Positions 1-10,379 of a DNA stretch of 64,000 bases are shown in pieces. The stretch is from an uncultured Winogradskyella sp. Lineage in GTDB: Bacteria; Bacteroidota; Bacteroidia; Flavobacteriales; Flavobacteriaceae. The notes below the pieces were generated by a model, which saw only the letters and a program-made list of their open reading frames with translations, was not told the origin of the DNA and made no database searches. The position numbers were made by a program, and so were the translations under genes. The stretch is taken from the NCBI GenBank assembly GCA_963966315.1, contig CAWZYX010000002.1:36295-100294 (forward strand), given 5' to 3'. Numbering within the stretch: position 1 is the stretch's first letter; each line of letters opens with the position of its first letter.

Positions 1-271
1 TCACCACAAACAACCAATAAGCTATGGCCAGTACCGCAGCAATCCTAAAAAGGGTGAGCATAAGTTTAGCAGTATCGGTTGCAATAAAGGGAATAAAATC
101 TGACAGCCGCGCTCCCCAGGCCATTCCTTCATTTTCTACAAAAACAATTCGGAACCAGGAAAACAGTTCCAGATCCTCATAGAGTTGAAAATGAGTTTTA
201 ATGTATATTTTCGAACATTGATCTGCTAAGAGAATAACCGCAATAATAATAGCAACGGATCTAAAATTCAT
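1..271 (-). CDS. lspA: Lipoprotein signal peptidase (signal peptidase II), N-terminal part; runs off the window start
   Basis: Reverse-complement translation from the ATG at 269-271 gives MNFRSVAIIIAVILLADQCSKIYIKTHF...FVENEGMAWG..., which has the LspA TM helix and N-x-G-x-A-[FW]-G motif. It lies downstream of ileS in the conserved ileS-lspA arrangement. This ORF is not in the supplied table because it is partial. Confidence 0.7.
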   Translation of the reverse strand, partial: MNFRSVAIIIAVILLADQCSKIYIKTHFQLYEDLELFSWFRIVFVENEGMAWGARLSDFIPFIATDTAKLMLTLFRIAAVLAIAYWLFVV

Positions 272-274
272 TGC

Positions 275-928
275 TTAATTTTTAGATGTTGCCTCAACGT
301 TTATGTTTCCTCTGATACTTTTCAAATAGACTGTAGCATCGCCCTTGAGGGCAGGATCTATCCTTACTGAACCATTGGTTGATTGCGCATCTACCTTCCC
401 CGAACTGATACGAAGGTCCATATTGCCTTCCACCGTTTCTACCTTTATGTAGTCCGACTGCCCTTCAAAGCTAAAGTTTCCGGTTTGCAGCACCGCCTGA
501 AGAGACTTCATTTTTCCAGCAGCGCGCACATTACCAACATCACTCGCAACATCTATCTGTTTTCCTTCAGGGACGCGAAGCGTGATGGCCGCAGTAATTA
601 TTTTATGAGCATTGCGTTTATCGTCCGGGATGCTAGACAAGCCAGATGGGCCAAGTGCTATTTTAAATACATCCGATTCCTTTTTGCTCAGAACCTTAAA
701 AGCATTACCGTACTCTCCGTCTACCGTAGTTTGCAGCAGGATCTGATCCTTTGACCAGGTCTGAATTTCAATCTCGAATATCTGGTCTCCGTTTAAAATG
801 ATCTTTTGTACGGACGAAGCATCAAAGGTGGACATGGTCCGATTTTGAGCCAAGGACCACCCTCCTGATAAAAAAAGAAATAAAAAAACCCCGAAATAGC
901 CGATCCGGGGTAAGGTAAAGCGGTTCAT
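275..928 (-). CDS. Secreted DUF4097/DUF2807-like (putative adhesin head / beta-helix repeat) protein
   Basis: 217-aa ORF. N-terminal signal peptide (FGVFLFLFLSGGWSLAQ). Repeated beta-rung-like segments (G.V...SG.V..) typical of DUF4097-type proteins. Tightly packed (3-nt gap) with lspA. Confidence 0.5.
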   Translation of the reverse strand: MNRFTLPRIGYFGVFLFLFLSGGWSLAQNRTMSTFDASSVQKIILNGDQIFEIEIQTWSKDQILLQTTVDGEYGNAFKVLSKKESDVFKIALGPSGLSSIPDDKRNAHKIITAAITLRVPEGKQIDVASDVGNVRAAGKMKSLQAVLQTGNFSFEGQSDYIKVETVEGNMDLRISSGKVDAQSTNGSVRIDPALKGDATVYLKSIRGNINVEATSKN

Positions 929-966
929 ATGTAACTGTTTATTCTTTTAAAGAGACCTGAGTCCAA

Positions 967-1350
967 CTATTTTTGCATATTCTTAGCTTCAATGCTCAAT
1001 GTAGCATGCGGCACCAGTCTCAGTCGTTCTTTGCTAATGAGTTTACCGGTAACCCTGCATACCCCATAGGTTTTGTTTTCAATTCTGATGAGGGCATTTT
1101 TTAAGTCTCTTATGAACTTTTCCTGTCTGATGGCGAGTGCCGAATTGGCCTCCTTGCTCATGGTTTCACTGCCTTCTTCAAACGCTTTAAAAGTTGGCGA
1201 GGTGTCATCGGTACCATTATTGTGATCGTTCATGTATGCACTTTTGATCAATTTCAAATCACGTTCAGCTTTATCAATCTTTTCCTGAATAAGCACGCGG
1301 AACTCCTCTAAATCTTTATCGGAATATCTGTTGTTTGTATCTACTGCCAT
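967..1350 (-). CDS. DksA/TraR-family C4 zinc-finger protein
   Basis: 127 aa. Coiled-coil N-terminal half and a C-terminal C-x2-C zinc finger (CRVTGKLISKERLRLVPHATLS). The position between ileS and lspA is common in Bacteroidetes. Confidence 0.65.
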   Translation of the reverse strand: MAVDTNNRYSDKDLEEFRVLIQEKIDKAERDLKLIKSAYMNDHNNGTDDTSPTFKAFEEGSETMSKEANSALAIRQEKFIRDLKNALIRIENKTYGVCRVTGKLISKERLRLVPHATLSIEAKNMQK

Positions 1351-1354
1351 AATT

Positions 1355-4300
1355 CTAGTGTTTTTGGATAAACAATCTGGTACTCACCCCGTCGAAGTCA
1401 ATGTCAATACCTTTGTTTACCCGATCCATAATTTTTAAGTCTTCGGTTAAGGTTTCAGATTTGATATACATCTCGTTGGAAGCGATGGCCAACTCCACAT
1501 TGGGGTCTTTCTGAAGGGCTACATCAATGCGGTCAGTCACCTCAAATCCAGAATCCTTACGCAGATTCTGTATGCGATTTACCAGTTCTCTGGCAATCCC
1601 TTCATTGCGCAATTCATCAGTGATGGAAACATCCAAAGCAACAGTGAGTGCTCCTTCATTTGCAACCAGCCAACCTTCTATATCCTGAGATGTAATCTCT
1701 ACATCATCCAATCCCAAAGTAATATTTTTTCCGTTAATCTCAAGCATCAGACTTCCTTTTTGCTCGATTTTTTTGATATCAGCTGAATTCAATTCGTTTA
1801 TAGCATTGGAAATCAATTTCATATCTTTCCCAAAACGAGGCCCTAACCGCTTAAAATTAGGTTTGATCTTCTTCACTAATATATCTGATGCATCCTGCAA
1901 CAACTCGATTTCCTTTACATTGACCTCTCGTTTGATCAATTCGGCCACAGCTTCAATCTCAGTTTTCTGAGCCGGAGTATCTACCGGTATCATGATCTTC
2001 TGGAGGGGCTGACGTACCTTTATTTTTTCTTTTGCCCTCAGCGATAGAACCAGCGACGCAATGGTCTGGGCATTTTCCATTTTACGCTCCAGCACTTTAT
2101 CGATCATCTGCTCATCTGCAACTGGAAAATCAGATAAATGGACGCTTTCAAAAACCTCTTTGGCAGTAGCTTTATTTAAATCCAAATACAATCGATCCAT
2201 AAAGAAAGGTGCGATGGGAGCACCGAGTTTTGCCAAGGTGACCATGCAGGTATACAGGGTTTGATAGGCAGAGATCTTATCGGTCTGATAGTCTCCTTTC
2301 CAGAACCGCCTTCTACTTAAGCGTACATACCAGTTGCTTAAATAATCCTGTGTAAAGTCTGAAATGGCTCTCGCCGCTTTTGTGGGTTCATATTCGAAAT
2401 AATACTGATCTACCTTTTTGATCAATGTATTTAATTCAGATAAAATCCAGCGATCCAATTCTGGACGCTGCTCAAAAGGTATATCTGCTTCCTCGTAGGT
2501 AAAATGATCTAAATTGGTATAGAGGCTAAAAAATGAATAGGTATTGTATAAGGTGCCAAAGAACTTACGACTCACTTCCTCTACACCTTCCAGATCAAAT
2601 TTCAGATTGTCCCAGGGATTGGCATTACTAATCATATACCACCTTGTGGCATCAGCTCCGTATTTTTTAAGGGTGTCGAAAGGGTCCACTGCGTTACCCA
2701 AACGCTTGGACATTTTCTGGCCATTTTTATCAAGCACCAGTCCATTGGAAACCACATTCTTATAGGCCACCGAATCAAATACCATGGTAGCAATGGCATG
2801 AAGCGTATAGAACCATCCTCGGGTCTGATCAACTCCCTCTGCAATAAAGTCGGCCGGATAGGCTTTATTCTTGTCAATCATATCCTTGTTCTCAAAGGGA
2901 TAGTGCCACTGTGCATAAGGCATGGAGCCTGAATCGAACCATACATCAATAAGGTCCGCCTCCCTTTTCATGGGTTTACCCGTCTCAGAGACCAGAACGA
3001 GTTTGTCCACTACATTCTTATGAAGATCCACCAGATCATAGTTAGTCTCGTTCATGTTTCCTGGCTCAAACTGTGCAATGGGATTACTCTTCATCACTCC
3101 GGCTGCCACGGCTTTATCGATCTCCGTTTGTAATTCTGCAACAGAACCTATACAAATTTGTTCTGTTCCATCCTCCGTTCTCCAGATCGGAAGAGGTATT
3201 CCCCAAAATCGCGAACGCGATAAGTTCCAGTCATTAGCATTGGCAAGCCAGTTACCGAAGCGTTTTTCTCCTGTAGATTTGGGCTTCCAGTTTATGGTGT
3301 TATTCAACTCAAACATCCGGTCCTTCATATCGGTCACCTTAATGAACCAGGAATCCAGAGGGTAATAAAGGATGGGCTTATCTGTTCTCCAGCAATTGGG
3401 GTAGCTATGTTTGTACTTTTCAACCTTAAAGGCCTTGTTTTCGGTTTTCAGAACAATGGCCAGCTCTACGTCTACGGAGCGTTCAGGAGCTTCGCCCTCC
3501 TTATAATACTCGTTCTTGACGTATTTACCTCCAAGACCATCACCTACTTCAGGTCTAAATCGTCCCTGAAGGTCTACCAGAGGAACCAAAGTACCATTCT
3601 CATCCTTAACCAGCATAGGAGGTACTTCAGGAGTCACCTGCTTGGCCACAAGGGCATCATCAGCGCCAAAAGTGGGTGCGGTGTGTACAATGCCGGTACC
3701 GTCCTCTGTGGTTACAAAATCACCTGGAATCACTCTAAAAGCGTTCTCTGGATGTTCATAGGGCGAGGTGTATTTTAGAAGTTGTTCATAGCGGATCTCT
3801 ACCAAATCGGCCCCTTTGAACTCTTTTAAAATTTTAAATGGAATTTTTTTCTGATCTTTCGTGAAATCCAGCAACTCATCTTCTGATTCAACCTCAACAT
3901 ACTTTCCTGTAAACTGTTTTCCTACAAGCGCTTTTGCCAGGATCACCTTAATTGGTTCGAAGGTATACTGATTGTATGATTGCACCAATACATAGTCAAT
4001 TTTTGGCCCTACGGTTAAAGCTGTATTACTTGGCAAGGTCCATGGCGTGGTGGTCCAGGCCAGGAAATAGATATCTCCGTGATCTTTTAAAAATTCAGGT
4101 AGAGAATCTTTCAGGGCTTTAAACTGTGCCACCACTGTGGTGTCCGTCACATCTTGATAGGTACCAGGCTGATTTAACTCGTGTGAGCTCAGTCCGGTTC
4201 CCGCTTTAGGCGAATAGGGCTGAATGGTATAGCCTTTGTACAAAAGACCCTTGTCATAGATCTGCTTGAGTAGCCACCAGACGCTCTCCATGTATTTGGA

Positions 4301-4771
4301 TTTGTAGGTGATATAAGGGTCATCCATATCTACCCAATAGCCCATTTTTTGAGTGAGGTCGTTCCAAATATCGGTATAACGCATCACTGCTTTCTTGCAG
4401 GCTTCGTTATACTCTTCTACACTGATTTTGGTTCCGATATCTTCCTTAGTAATGCCTAATTCTTTTTCTACACCCAACTCAATCGGTAAACCATGGGTGT
4501 CCCAGCCAGCCTTGCGCTTCACCTGAAACCCTTTCATGGTTTTGTACCTTGGAAAAATATCTTTAATAGCTCTTGCCAGGACATGGTGTACCCCGGGAAG
4601 CCCATTGGCAGAAGGGGGACCTTCGAAGAAGACATAAGGCTCCTTACCCTCTCTTGTAGTGACACTCTTATTAAATATATCGTTCTCCTCCCAATAGTGC
4701 AGAATTTCCTCTGCCACTTTTGGTAAGTTAAGTCCTTTATATTCAGGGAACTTTACACTCATTACTCGCAA
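1355..4771 (-). CDS. ileS: Isoleucine--tRNA ligase (type 2, long form)
   Basis: 1138 aa. Class I HIGH region (PPSANGLPGVHH) and KMSKS motif (KMSKRLGN). Length and architecture match bacteroidete IleS. Confidence 0.95.
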   Translation of the reverse strand: MRVMSVKFPEYKGLNLPKVAEEILHYWEENDIFNKSVTTREGKEPYVFFEGPPSANGLPGVHHVLARAIKDIFPRYKTMKGFQVKRKAGWDTHGLPIELGVEKELGITKEDIGTKISVEEYNEACKKAVMRYTDIWNDLTQKMGYWVDMDDPYITYKSKYMESVWWLLKQIYDKGLLYKGYTIQPYSPKAGTGLSSHELNQPGTYQDVTDTTVVAQFKALKDSLPEFLKDHGDIYFLAWTTTPWTLPSNTALTVGPKIDYVLVQSYNQYTFEPIKVILAKALVGKQFTGKYVEVESEDELLDFTKDQKKIPFKILKEFKGADLVEIRYEQLLKYTSPYEHPENAFRVIPGDFVTTEDGTGIVHTAPTFGADDALVAKQVTPEVPPMLVKDENGTLVPLVDLQGRFRPEVGDGLGGKYVKNEYYKEGEAPERSVDVELAIVLKTENKAFKVEKYKHSYPNCWRTDKPILYYPLDSWFIKVTDMKDRMFELNNTINWKPKSTGEKRFGNWLANANDWNLSRSRFWGIPLPIWRTEDGTEQICIGSVAELQTEIDKAVAAGVMKSNPIAQFEPGNMNETNYDLVDLHKNVVDKLVLVSETGKPMKREADLIDVWFDSGSMPYAQWHYPFENKDMIDKNKAYPADFIAEGVDQTRGWFYTLHAIATMVFDSVAYKNVVSNGLVLDKNGQKMSKRLGNAVDPFDTLKKYGADATRWYMISNANPWDNLKFDLEGVEEVSRKFFGTLYNTYSFFSLYTNLDHFTYEEADIPFEQRPELDRWILSELNTLIKKVDQYYFEYEPTKAARAISDFTQDYLSNWYVRLSRRRFWKGDYQTDKISAYQTLYTCMVTLAKLGAPIAPFFMDRLYLDLNKATAKEVFESVHLSDFPVADEQMIDKVLERKMENAQTIASLVLSLRAKEKIKVRQPLQKIMIPVDTPAQKTEIEAVAELIKREVNVKEIELLQDASDILVKKIKPNFKRLGPRFGKDMKLISNAINELNSADIKKIEQKGSLMLEINGKNITLGLDDVEITSQDIEGWLVANEGALTVALDVSITDELRNEGIARELVNRIQNLRKDSGFEVTDRIDVALQKDPNVELAIASNEMYIKSETLTEDLKIMDRVNKGIDIDFDGVSTRLFIQKH

Positions 4772-5047
4772 TTCTAATAAGGTTGCGAAAATAGTGATTT
4801 TTAAGGAAATAATGGAGTCTTAATTCAAGGAGTTTAAGTAGTAATCAATTTTGGACTTTTCTTAATGCTAATGATAACTATTGGGTTTTTATAACTATTT
4901 CAGTTCCGGAACCATCCCAAAAATGAAAGTGGACTTTAAGCCGAAGATATCAACCTGAACAACTCAGATCATGAACCATAAATCTTGATTTTTCACTGAA
5001 AAAAATGGACCATTATGGTAAAAGCCTTTGGTAACTGGAAAAAAGAA

Positions 5048-6412
5048 TTACAGTATGAGAAATTCAGTTAATTCTTCAACCTTGGAAATTCGTTGAATTC
5101 TAATCTTTGGATTCTTTATGGATATCTTACTAAACTTAGACACAAATATGGTTGAGAATCCGAGTTTTTCAGCTTCTGAAATGCGTTGCTCTACCCGCTG
5201 AACCGGTCGTACCTCACCGGAAAGCCCTACTTCAGCCGCAAAACAATAATCTGTTGGAATGGGACTGTCTTCATTGGAAGATAAGATCGAAGCTACCACT
5301 CCCAGATCAATGGCCGGATCGTCAACCGTAATACCGCCTGTGATGTTGAGAAACACATCTTTGGCGCCCAATCGAAAGCCGGCACGCTTTTCCAAGACAG
5401 CTAAGAGCATATTCAGTCGCTTGGCATTAAAGCCAGTTGCCGATCGTTGTGGGGTCCCGTAGACAGCTGTACTTACCAGGGCCTGTACCTCTATCATAAG
5501 AGGCCTCATTCCTTCAAGAGTAGCCACAATGGCATTACCTGAAAGGTCTCCATCTTTTTCGGAAATCAACAGCTCTGAGGGATTAGTGACTTGCCGCAGT
5601 CCGGATCCCTGCATTTCATAAATACCTAATTCATTGGTGGACCCAAACCGATTTTTGTGAGCCCGTAAAATTCTGAACACATGATTGCGATCACCTTCAA
5701 ACTGTAACACCGTGTCCACCATGTGTTCCAGGATCTTTGGTCCTGCAATATGCCCGTCTTTGGTAATATGACCAATCAGTAATACGGGAGTAGCCGTTTC
5801 CTTGGCAAACTTGATCAGTTCGGAAGTACATTCCTTGATCTGAGAAATACTGCCGGCAGAAGATTCGATATAATCACTGTGCAGAGTCTGTATGGAGTCG
5901 ATAATCACCATCTCCGGTTCCAGGGTCTCGATCTGTTTAAAAATATTCTGTGTTTTGGTCTCGGTAAGAATGTAGCAATTTTGACTATCTGGATCTACCC
6001 GCTCTGCCCGCATTTTTATCTGTTTCTGGCTTTCTTCTCCTGAAACATAGAGCGTCTTGTAAGGCAGTTGCAGGGCTATTTGCAGCAGTAAGGTACTCTT
6101 TCCAATTCCAGGCTCCCCTCCTAATAAGGTGAGCGATCCAGGAACCATACCGCCACCCAATACGCGATTAAATTCTCCATCCTGCATATTGAGGCGTGCT
6201 TCCTGAGACATATCAATCTCATTGATGCGTAAGGGTTTACTAGCGCGTTTCGGCTCCGAAACAGAGGCTGCTCTCCAATCGGTCTTATCGGGTTTCTGAA
6301 TGACCTCCTCAACGATGGTGTTCCACTGCTTGCAGGAATTACACTGCCCCTGCCACTTAGCGTACTGGGTACCACAACTCTGACAATAAAAAGCAGTCTT
6401 TACCTTAGCCAT
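5048..6412 (-). CDS. radA: DNA repair protein RadA/Sms
   Basis: 454 aa. N-terminal C4 zinc finger (CQSCGTQYAKWQGQCNSCKQWNT), Walker A GEPGIGKST, and a C-terminal Lon-protease-like domain. Confidence 0.95.
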   Translation of the reverse strand: MAKVKTAFYCQSCGTQYAKWQGQCNSCKQWNTIVEEVIQKPDKTDWRAASVSEPKRASKPLRINEIDMSQEARLNMQDGEFNRVLGGGMVPGSLTLLGGEPGIGKSTLLLQIALQLPYKTLYVSGEESQKQIKMRAERVDPDSQNCYILTETKTQNIFKQIETLEPEMVIIDSIQTLHSDYIESSAGSISQIKECTSELIKFAKETATPVLLIGHITKDGHIAGPKILEHMVDTVLQFEGDRNHVFRILRAHKNRFGSTNELGIYEMQGSGLRQVTNPSELLISEKDGDLSGNAIVATLEGMRPLMIEVQALVSTAVYGTPQRSATGFNAKRLNMLLAVLEKRAGFRLGAKDVFLNITGGITVDDPAIDLGVVASILSSNEDSPIPTDYCFAAEVGLSGEVRPVQRVEQRISEAEKLGFSTIFVSKFSKISIKNPKIRIQRISKVEELTEFLIL

Positions 6413-6603
6413 AAATTCGTCGCTTGCATGAAGTTTTCGAATAGAGAACTAAAGTACTATAATTTTAGATTCCGGATTTCAACCAACCGAAAATTGTGAT
6501 GACTTTAATCACCAAGAATTTCATCTGCCAGCGCATGTAGCGATTGGACTTCAAATAAATATAAATTCCTTCAAAGTAGTAATCGGTTGTAAACGGCGCT
6601 TTT

Positions 6604-7785
6604 CTAGTTCTCCTCATCTTCTTTCTGCTCTTCTTCCAGATCCTCTGTAACAAGGTTTATTTCTTCTACCAGCGACATAATATACTCTTTATCAATAACA
6701 GGAGAATCTCCCATATTAAGTGCTTGCTGATATAGCTTTGTCGCCTTTTTTCTTTTGCCGTTGCGGTCTGCATGAAGTGCTAAGTAATACACCCCCTGAG
6801 GTGACTCCGGATGCAGCTTCTCAGAAAGCCTTCCCAGTTTTAGGATAGATTCTAAATCCTCTCTCTGTTCGGCTATTTCTGCCACTTTCCCAATTTCTTC
6901 TTCCGTAATTGGCTTTTTTATTCCGAACAAATGTTCGATATGCTTGTAGCGCTCAATAAGATACTTGTCAAGAGTACCATCATATGGCAATACCTTTTCC
7001 TGCAATTCTTCCGGGCTTAAAGGCTTATAAATATCAAACATTTTGTCGAAGGCTCTGGATATAGCGCTGGTCACCAAAGTGTAATGCGATTCTTCCGAAA
7101 AATCATCAAAATGATAGGTAAGCTGGGGGTTTTCCAGGTCCAAAATACCTTGATGCACCTGCATTACAGAAGCCCTAATATTCGGTACATCATTATCCGA
7201 TGTGGCCATGTAAAAATAAGCCTCGGCATTTAAGCTGTTCATACGATTAATCATCTGTTCTCCTATACTCCCTTTAAAATCAGGACTGATTGCCACATAG
7301 GCTTTAAAATCGAAATCCTCCTTGAGAAGAAATGAGTTAATAAAATTGCCCATTAAATCGTGACCTACCGCTACACGGAATTGGCTTGTTTTGTATTTAG
7401 CATCTAAATAAGGGATGAGCTCTTTAGAGACAAATTGATGAAACCTAAAACCGGATTCTGTGGGAAGACCGGTTACCTCATCATAGTACCCATCGTAAAA
7501 ACGGTTTTCTCCCTGAAGGATCCCAACAATGATGGACCCGGGCATGTCGTCAAAATACGTTTGGAAATCGGTATGACCAGCAACAGGCTCAAATAAATAA
7601 TCCCCATCAAAAACAATGATCAAAGGATACTTTAAATCTGAAGCTTCGTCATAATTATCAGGAAGTTTAACTTTTATTGTTCGGTGACTGTTGAGCTTGG
7701 CAGATGGGATCTCTTCGGTTAATACCTGAGCATCAAGGGAGACTACCAGCATAAGTAATATCAGAGAAAGACAAGTCTTTTTCAT
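6604..7785 (-). CDS. Secreted putative esterase (alpha/beta hydrolase, esterase-D-like) with a C-terminal TPR-like tail, paralog A
   Basis: 393 aa. Signal peptide. PLIIVFDGDYLFEP and VGHDLMGNFINSFLL motifs typical of the Esterase family (PF00756). Confidence 0.6.
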   Translation of the reverse strand: MKKTCLSLILLMLVVSLDAQVLTEEIPSAKLNSHRTIKVKLPDNYDEASDLKYPLIIVFDGDYLFEPVAGHTDFQTYFDDMPGSIIVGILQGENRFYDGYYDEVTGLPTESGFRFHQFVSKELIPYLDAKYKTSQFRVAVGHDLMGNFINSFLLKEDFDFKAYVAISPDFKGSIGEQMINRMNSLNAEAYFYMATSDNDVPNIRASVMQVHQGILDLENPQLTYHFDDFSEESHYTLVTSAISRAFDKMFDIYKPLSPEELQEKVLPYDGTLDKYLIERYKHIEHLFGIKKPITEEEIGKVAEIAEQREDLESILKLGRLSEKLHPESPQGVYYLALHADRNGKRKKATKLYQQALNMGDSPVIDKEYIMSLVEEINLVTEDLEEEQKEDEEN

Positions 7786-7860
7786 GGGTTACAGGTTTGA
7801 TTTGGGACTCAAATATAGGATAAATATCGTTAAAGCGTATTTTTTTTCGACGAAATGCAC

Positions 7861-9039
7861 TTATCGCTTAAGTTCGTCTTGTAACTCATACATTTTTTCA
7901 AGCAATACATCTTTATCTATAAACTGCGAGGGTTCCATTAACAAGCCAGACTGGTATCGTTGTAATGCCCGTTTGAGATTCCCTGACTTTTCTTGATACA
8001 TGCCACTGTAATAGGCACTTAACATGGAGTTTGGGAACTCCTTTCTTACAAGTCTTGATAGTTTTTCAAGTGATTCGAGATCATCTTTTTTGTTGGATGC
8101 AGCAGCAATGGCGCGAACATCGTTCTCGATTAACTTTTTTTCAAAACCATAAAAATATTCAATGTCCTCGTATTTTTTAATTAGATAATCATACGGAGAA
8201 CCTTCGTAGGTGAGAATTTGCTCTTTGTATTCGGCCGCATTGATGGGCTTGTAAAGATGAAAGATCTGATTCAAAGCCTTTGGAATGCTCCTCCCAACGA
8301 GTGAGTAATGATTTGCATCCTCAAACAGATCGAATTTATAATGAAATTTAGTGTTTGAAATTGTGTCTAAATTTTTGTGGAAGGATTCAATTGTTTCTTT
8401 AAGCCCCGATACATCATTATCGGCTGTTGACAAATAATAAAAGGTTTCTTCGTCCAACGCAGGCAAGCGCTGAAGTAGACGATACTCCATCTCAGGTGCA
8501 AGATCTGGACTCATCAGAACAAATGCTCGAAACAAAGCAGGACTTTTGAACAGATAGTAATTGATAAAATTAGCACTTAGATCATGTCCTACAATTATTT
8601 TAAAATCAGATATCTGATAATTGTCCTCTAAATAGGGCATGAGTTCCATGGTAATGAACTCAAAGAAATTAGCTCCTTCATGCGCGGGAAAAAAGGTTTC
8701 TTCGTCATAAAAGAAATCCTCCGTTCGTGTAGAGGCCTGAGAAATGCCTACCACGATGCAGTTGGGAATATCTTCCCAGTAAGACTGATAGTCTATATTT
8801 CCTGCTATAGGCTCAAATAAATAGTCGCCATCGAGAACAAGAACCAAGGGGTATTCTGTTTTTTGTTCCGGGTCGTAATTTCTGGGAACCTGTATTTTTA
8901 ATTGACGAGATCCTTCCAGTTTACCGGATTCAAAGGTTTCGTAAAGGGCTTGGGAAAAAGCAGATGAAGTAAGTAGCAGGGCAATAACTACCGTGATGAA
9001 GGTTTTCATTTGATGAAGGCTTCCGTTAGCTAAGGGCAA
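7861..9039 (-). CDS. Secreted putative esterase, paralog B (tandem duplicate of 6604..7785)
   Basis: 392 aa. Collinear similarity to the upstream ORF throughout (PLVLVLDGDYLFEPIAG / VGHDLSANFINYYLF). Same domain order. Confidence 0.6.
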   Translation of the reverse strand: MPLANGSLHQMKTFITVVIALLLTSSAFSQALYETFESGKLEGSRQLKIQVPRNYDPEQKTEYPLVLVLDGDYLFEPIAGNIDYQSYWEDIPNCIVVGISQASTRTEDFFYDEETFFPAHEGANFFEFITMELMPYLEDNYQISDFKIIVGHDLSANFINYYLFKSPALFRAFVLMSPDLAPEMEYRLLQRLPALDEETFYYLSTADNDVSGLKETIESFHKNLDTISNTKFHYKFDLFEDANHYSLVGRSIPKALNQIFHLYKPINAAEYKEQILTYEGSPYDYLIKKYEDIEYFYGFEKKLIENDVRAIAAASNKKDDLESLEKLSRLVRKEFPNSMLSAYYSGMYQEKSGNLKRALQRYQSGLLMEPSQFIDKDVLLEKMYELQDELKR

Positions 9040-9052
9040 GTTATGAAAAAAA

Positions 9053-10015
9053 CTAAACCTTTTTTAATTTTCGATTGTATAAAGGCAGATAAAAAAGTGA
9101 CGCACCTCCTATTAAAACGGTCACAATGGTATGTGTCGCCCACATAATCCATCCAAAAGCACGACTAGGATCTTCCGGTATTTGATACAGCGTGAAGGCA
9201 ATGACCACCGCCTCCGGATAGGATCCTATCCCTCCATTTGTTGCAGCAATACTGAAACTGGCCAAAATGAAACCCAGAAGAAGTGCGCCCATGGAGATAA
9301 AACCAAGATCAGGTAAGGCCAATGTGGTTATATAAAACATTAGCACATACATGATCCAGATAAACAATGTATGAGCTATAAATCTCCATTTATTTTTCAT
9401 CCTGAAGATGCTTAGGACACCTTCCAATAATCCTTTAAGAAATGTCCGAATTCTTTTTGCCAATTTATGGTCAGATCTTCCAATAAGGTAGATACTGCCA
9501 ACAAGAACAACCAAAGCTATCAGGAGTATGAAAATAAATGAGGACCACCCTATTCGTTCGGAAAAAAAATATTTTAAAAAATCATATTGAAAAACCATGG
9601 CCAAAACAATGACAACCCCAAGCATAAGAGTATCTGCTACACGCTCGGCTATAATGGTTCCAAACCCTTTTTCAAAAGGTATGCCTTCGTAGTTTGCAAG
9701 AATGCTTGCTCTGGCAATTTCTCCAGCTCTAGGAACAGTAAAATTGATCAAATATGCCGCATAGACAGCCATAAAACTATTTGCAAACCTTGGCTTGTAA
9801 CCCAGTGGTTGTGCCATGTACAACCACCGTTGGGCACGAGAGATATGACTTAAAACTCCGAATAGAATACCCAGCGCTATATATAAGGGGTTGGCGCCTC
9901 TGGCATAATCGATCAGTTCTCCAATCGAAATTTGGCTTAACGAATACCAAACAAGAACCAGTCCAATAAAAAGTGGTATGACAATTTTTAGGATGGTCCT
10001 GTTTTTATTTGTCAA
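9053..10015 (-). CDS. UPF0104 / lysylphosphatidylglycerol-synthase-TM-domain-like (flippase-like) integral membrane protein
   Basis: 320 aa with 7-8 predicted TM helices. Start resembles TIGR00374-family proteins (MTNKNRTILKIVIPLFIGLVLVWYSL). Confidence 0.5.
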   Translation of the reverse strand: MTNKNRTILKIVIPLFIGLVLVWYSLSQISIGELIDYARGANPLYIALGILFGVLSHISRAQRWLYMAQPLGYKPRFANSFMAVYAAYLINFTVPRAGEIARASILANYEGIPFEKGFGTIIAERVADTLMLGVVIVLAMVFQYDFLKYFFSERIGWSSFIFILLIALVVLVGSIYLIGRSDHKLAKRIRTFLKGLLEGVLSIFRMKNKWRFIAHTLFIWIMYVLMFYITTLALPDLGFISMGALLLGFILASFSIAATNGGIGSYPEAVVIAFTLYQIPEDPSRAFGWIMWATHTIVTVLIGGASLFYLPLYNRKLKKV

Positions 10016-10019
10016 GATC

Positions 10020-10370
10020 TTATTTTAACAGATTGGTCTCCTCGTCAGGAAACACTAATGAAGGTTTAAAGGATTTTGCCTCTTCAAAATCCATCATTGC
10101 ATAGGCAATGAGTATTAATACGTCACCAACGGCCACTTTGCGCGCAGCTGCTCCATTGAGGGTTATTTCACCTGTGTTTCGCGAACCAGGGATAACATAG
10201 GTCTCCAGGCGCTCACCATTGTTATTATTGACAATCTGAATCTTTTCACCTTCAATAACATTGGCTGCGTCCATCAGATCTTCATCTATGGTAATACTCC
10301 CTATATAATTTAAATCCGCTCCCGTACATTTTACGCGATGGATTTTAGATTTTACAACATGAACCCACAT
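10020..10370 (-). CDS. panD: Aspartate 1-decarboxylase
   Basis: 116 aa. [55 protein letters not shown] carries the conserved PanD pro-enzyme motifs, including the G-S cleavage site. Confidence 0.95.
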   Translation of the reverse strand: MWVHVVKSKIHRVKCTGADLNYIGSITIDEDLMDAANVIEGEKIQIVNNNNGERLETYVIPGSRNTGEITLNGAAARKVAVGDVLILIAYAMMDFEEAKSFKPSLVFPDEETNLLK

Positions 10371-10379
10371 AACTTCGTT

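Noticed and set aside
383-754. Plus-strand 123-aa ORF inside the 275..928 gene
   Set aside because: Fully embedded antisense to a better ORF that has a signal peptide. No recognisable motifs.
1773-4726. Multiple short plus-strand ORFs (1773, 2061, 2544, 3054, 3407, 4493) inside ileS
   Set aside because: All are antisense to the 1138-aa ileS, whose HIGH and KMSKS motifs confirm the minus-strand frame.
6465-6653. 62-aa minus-strand ORF between radA and the esterase
   Set aside because: It overlaps the 3' end of the esterase gene in another frame. It is a Lys/Arg-rich low-complexity translation of AT-rich DNA.
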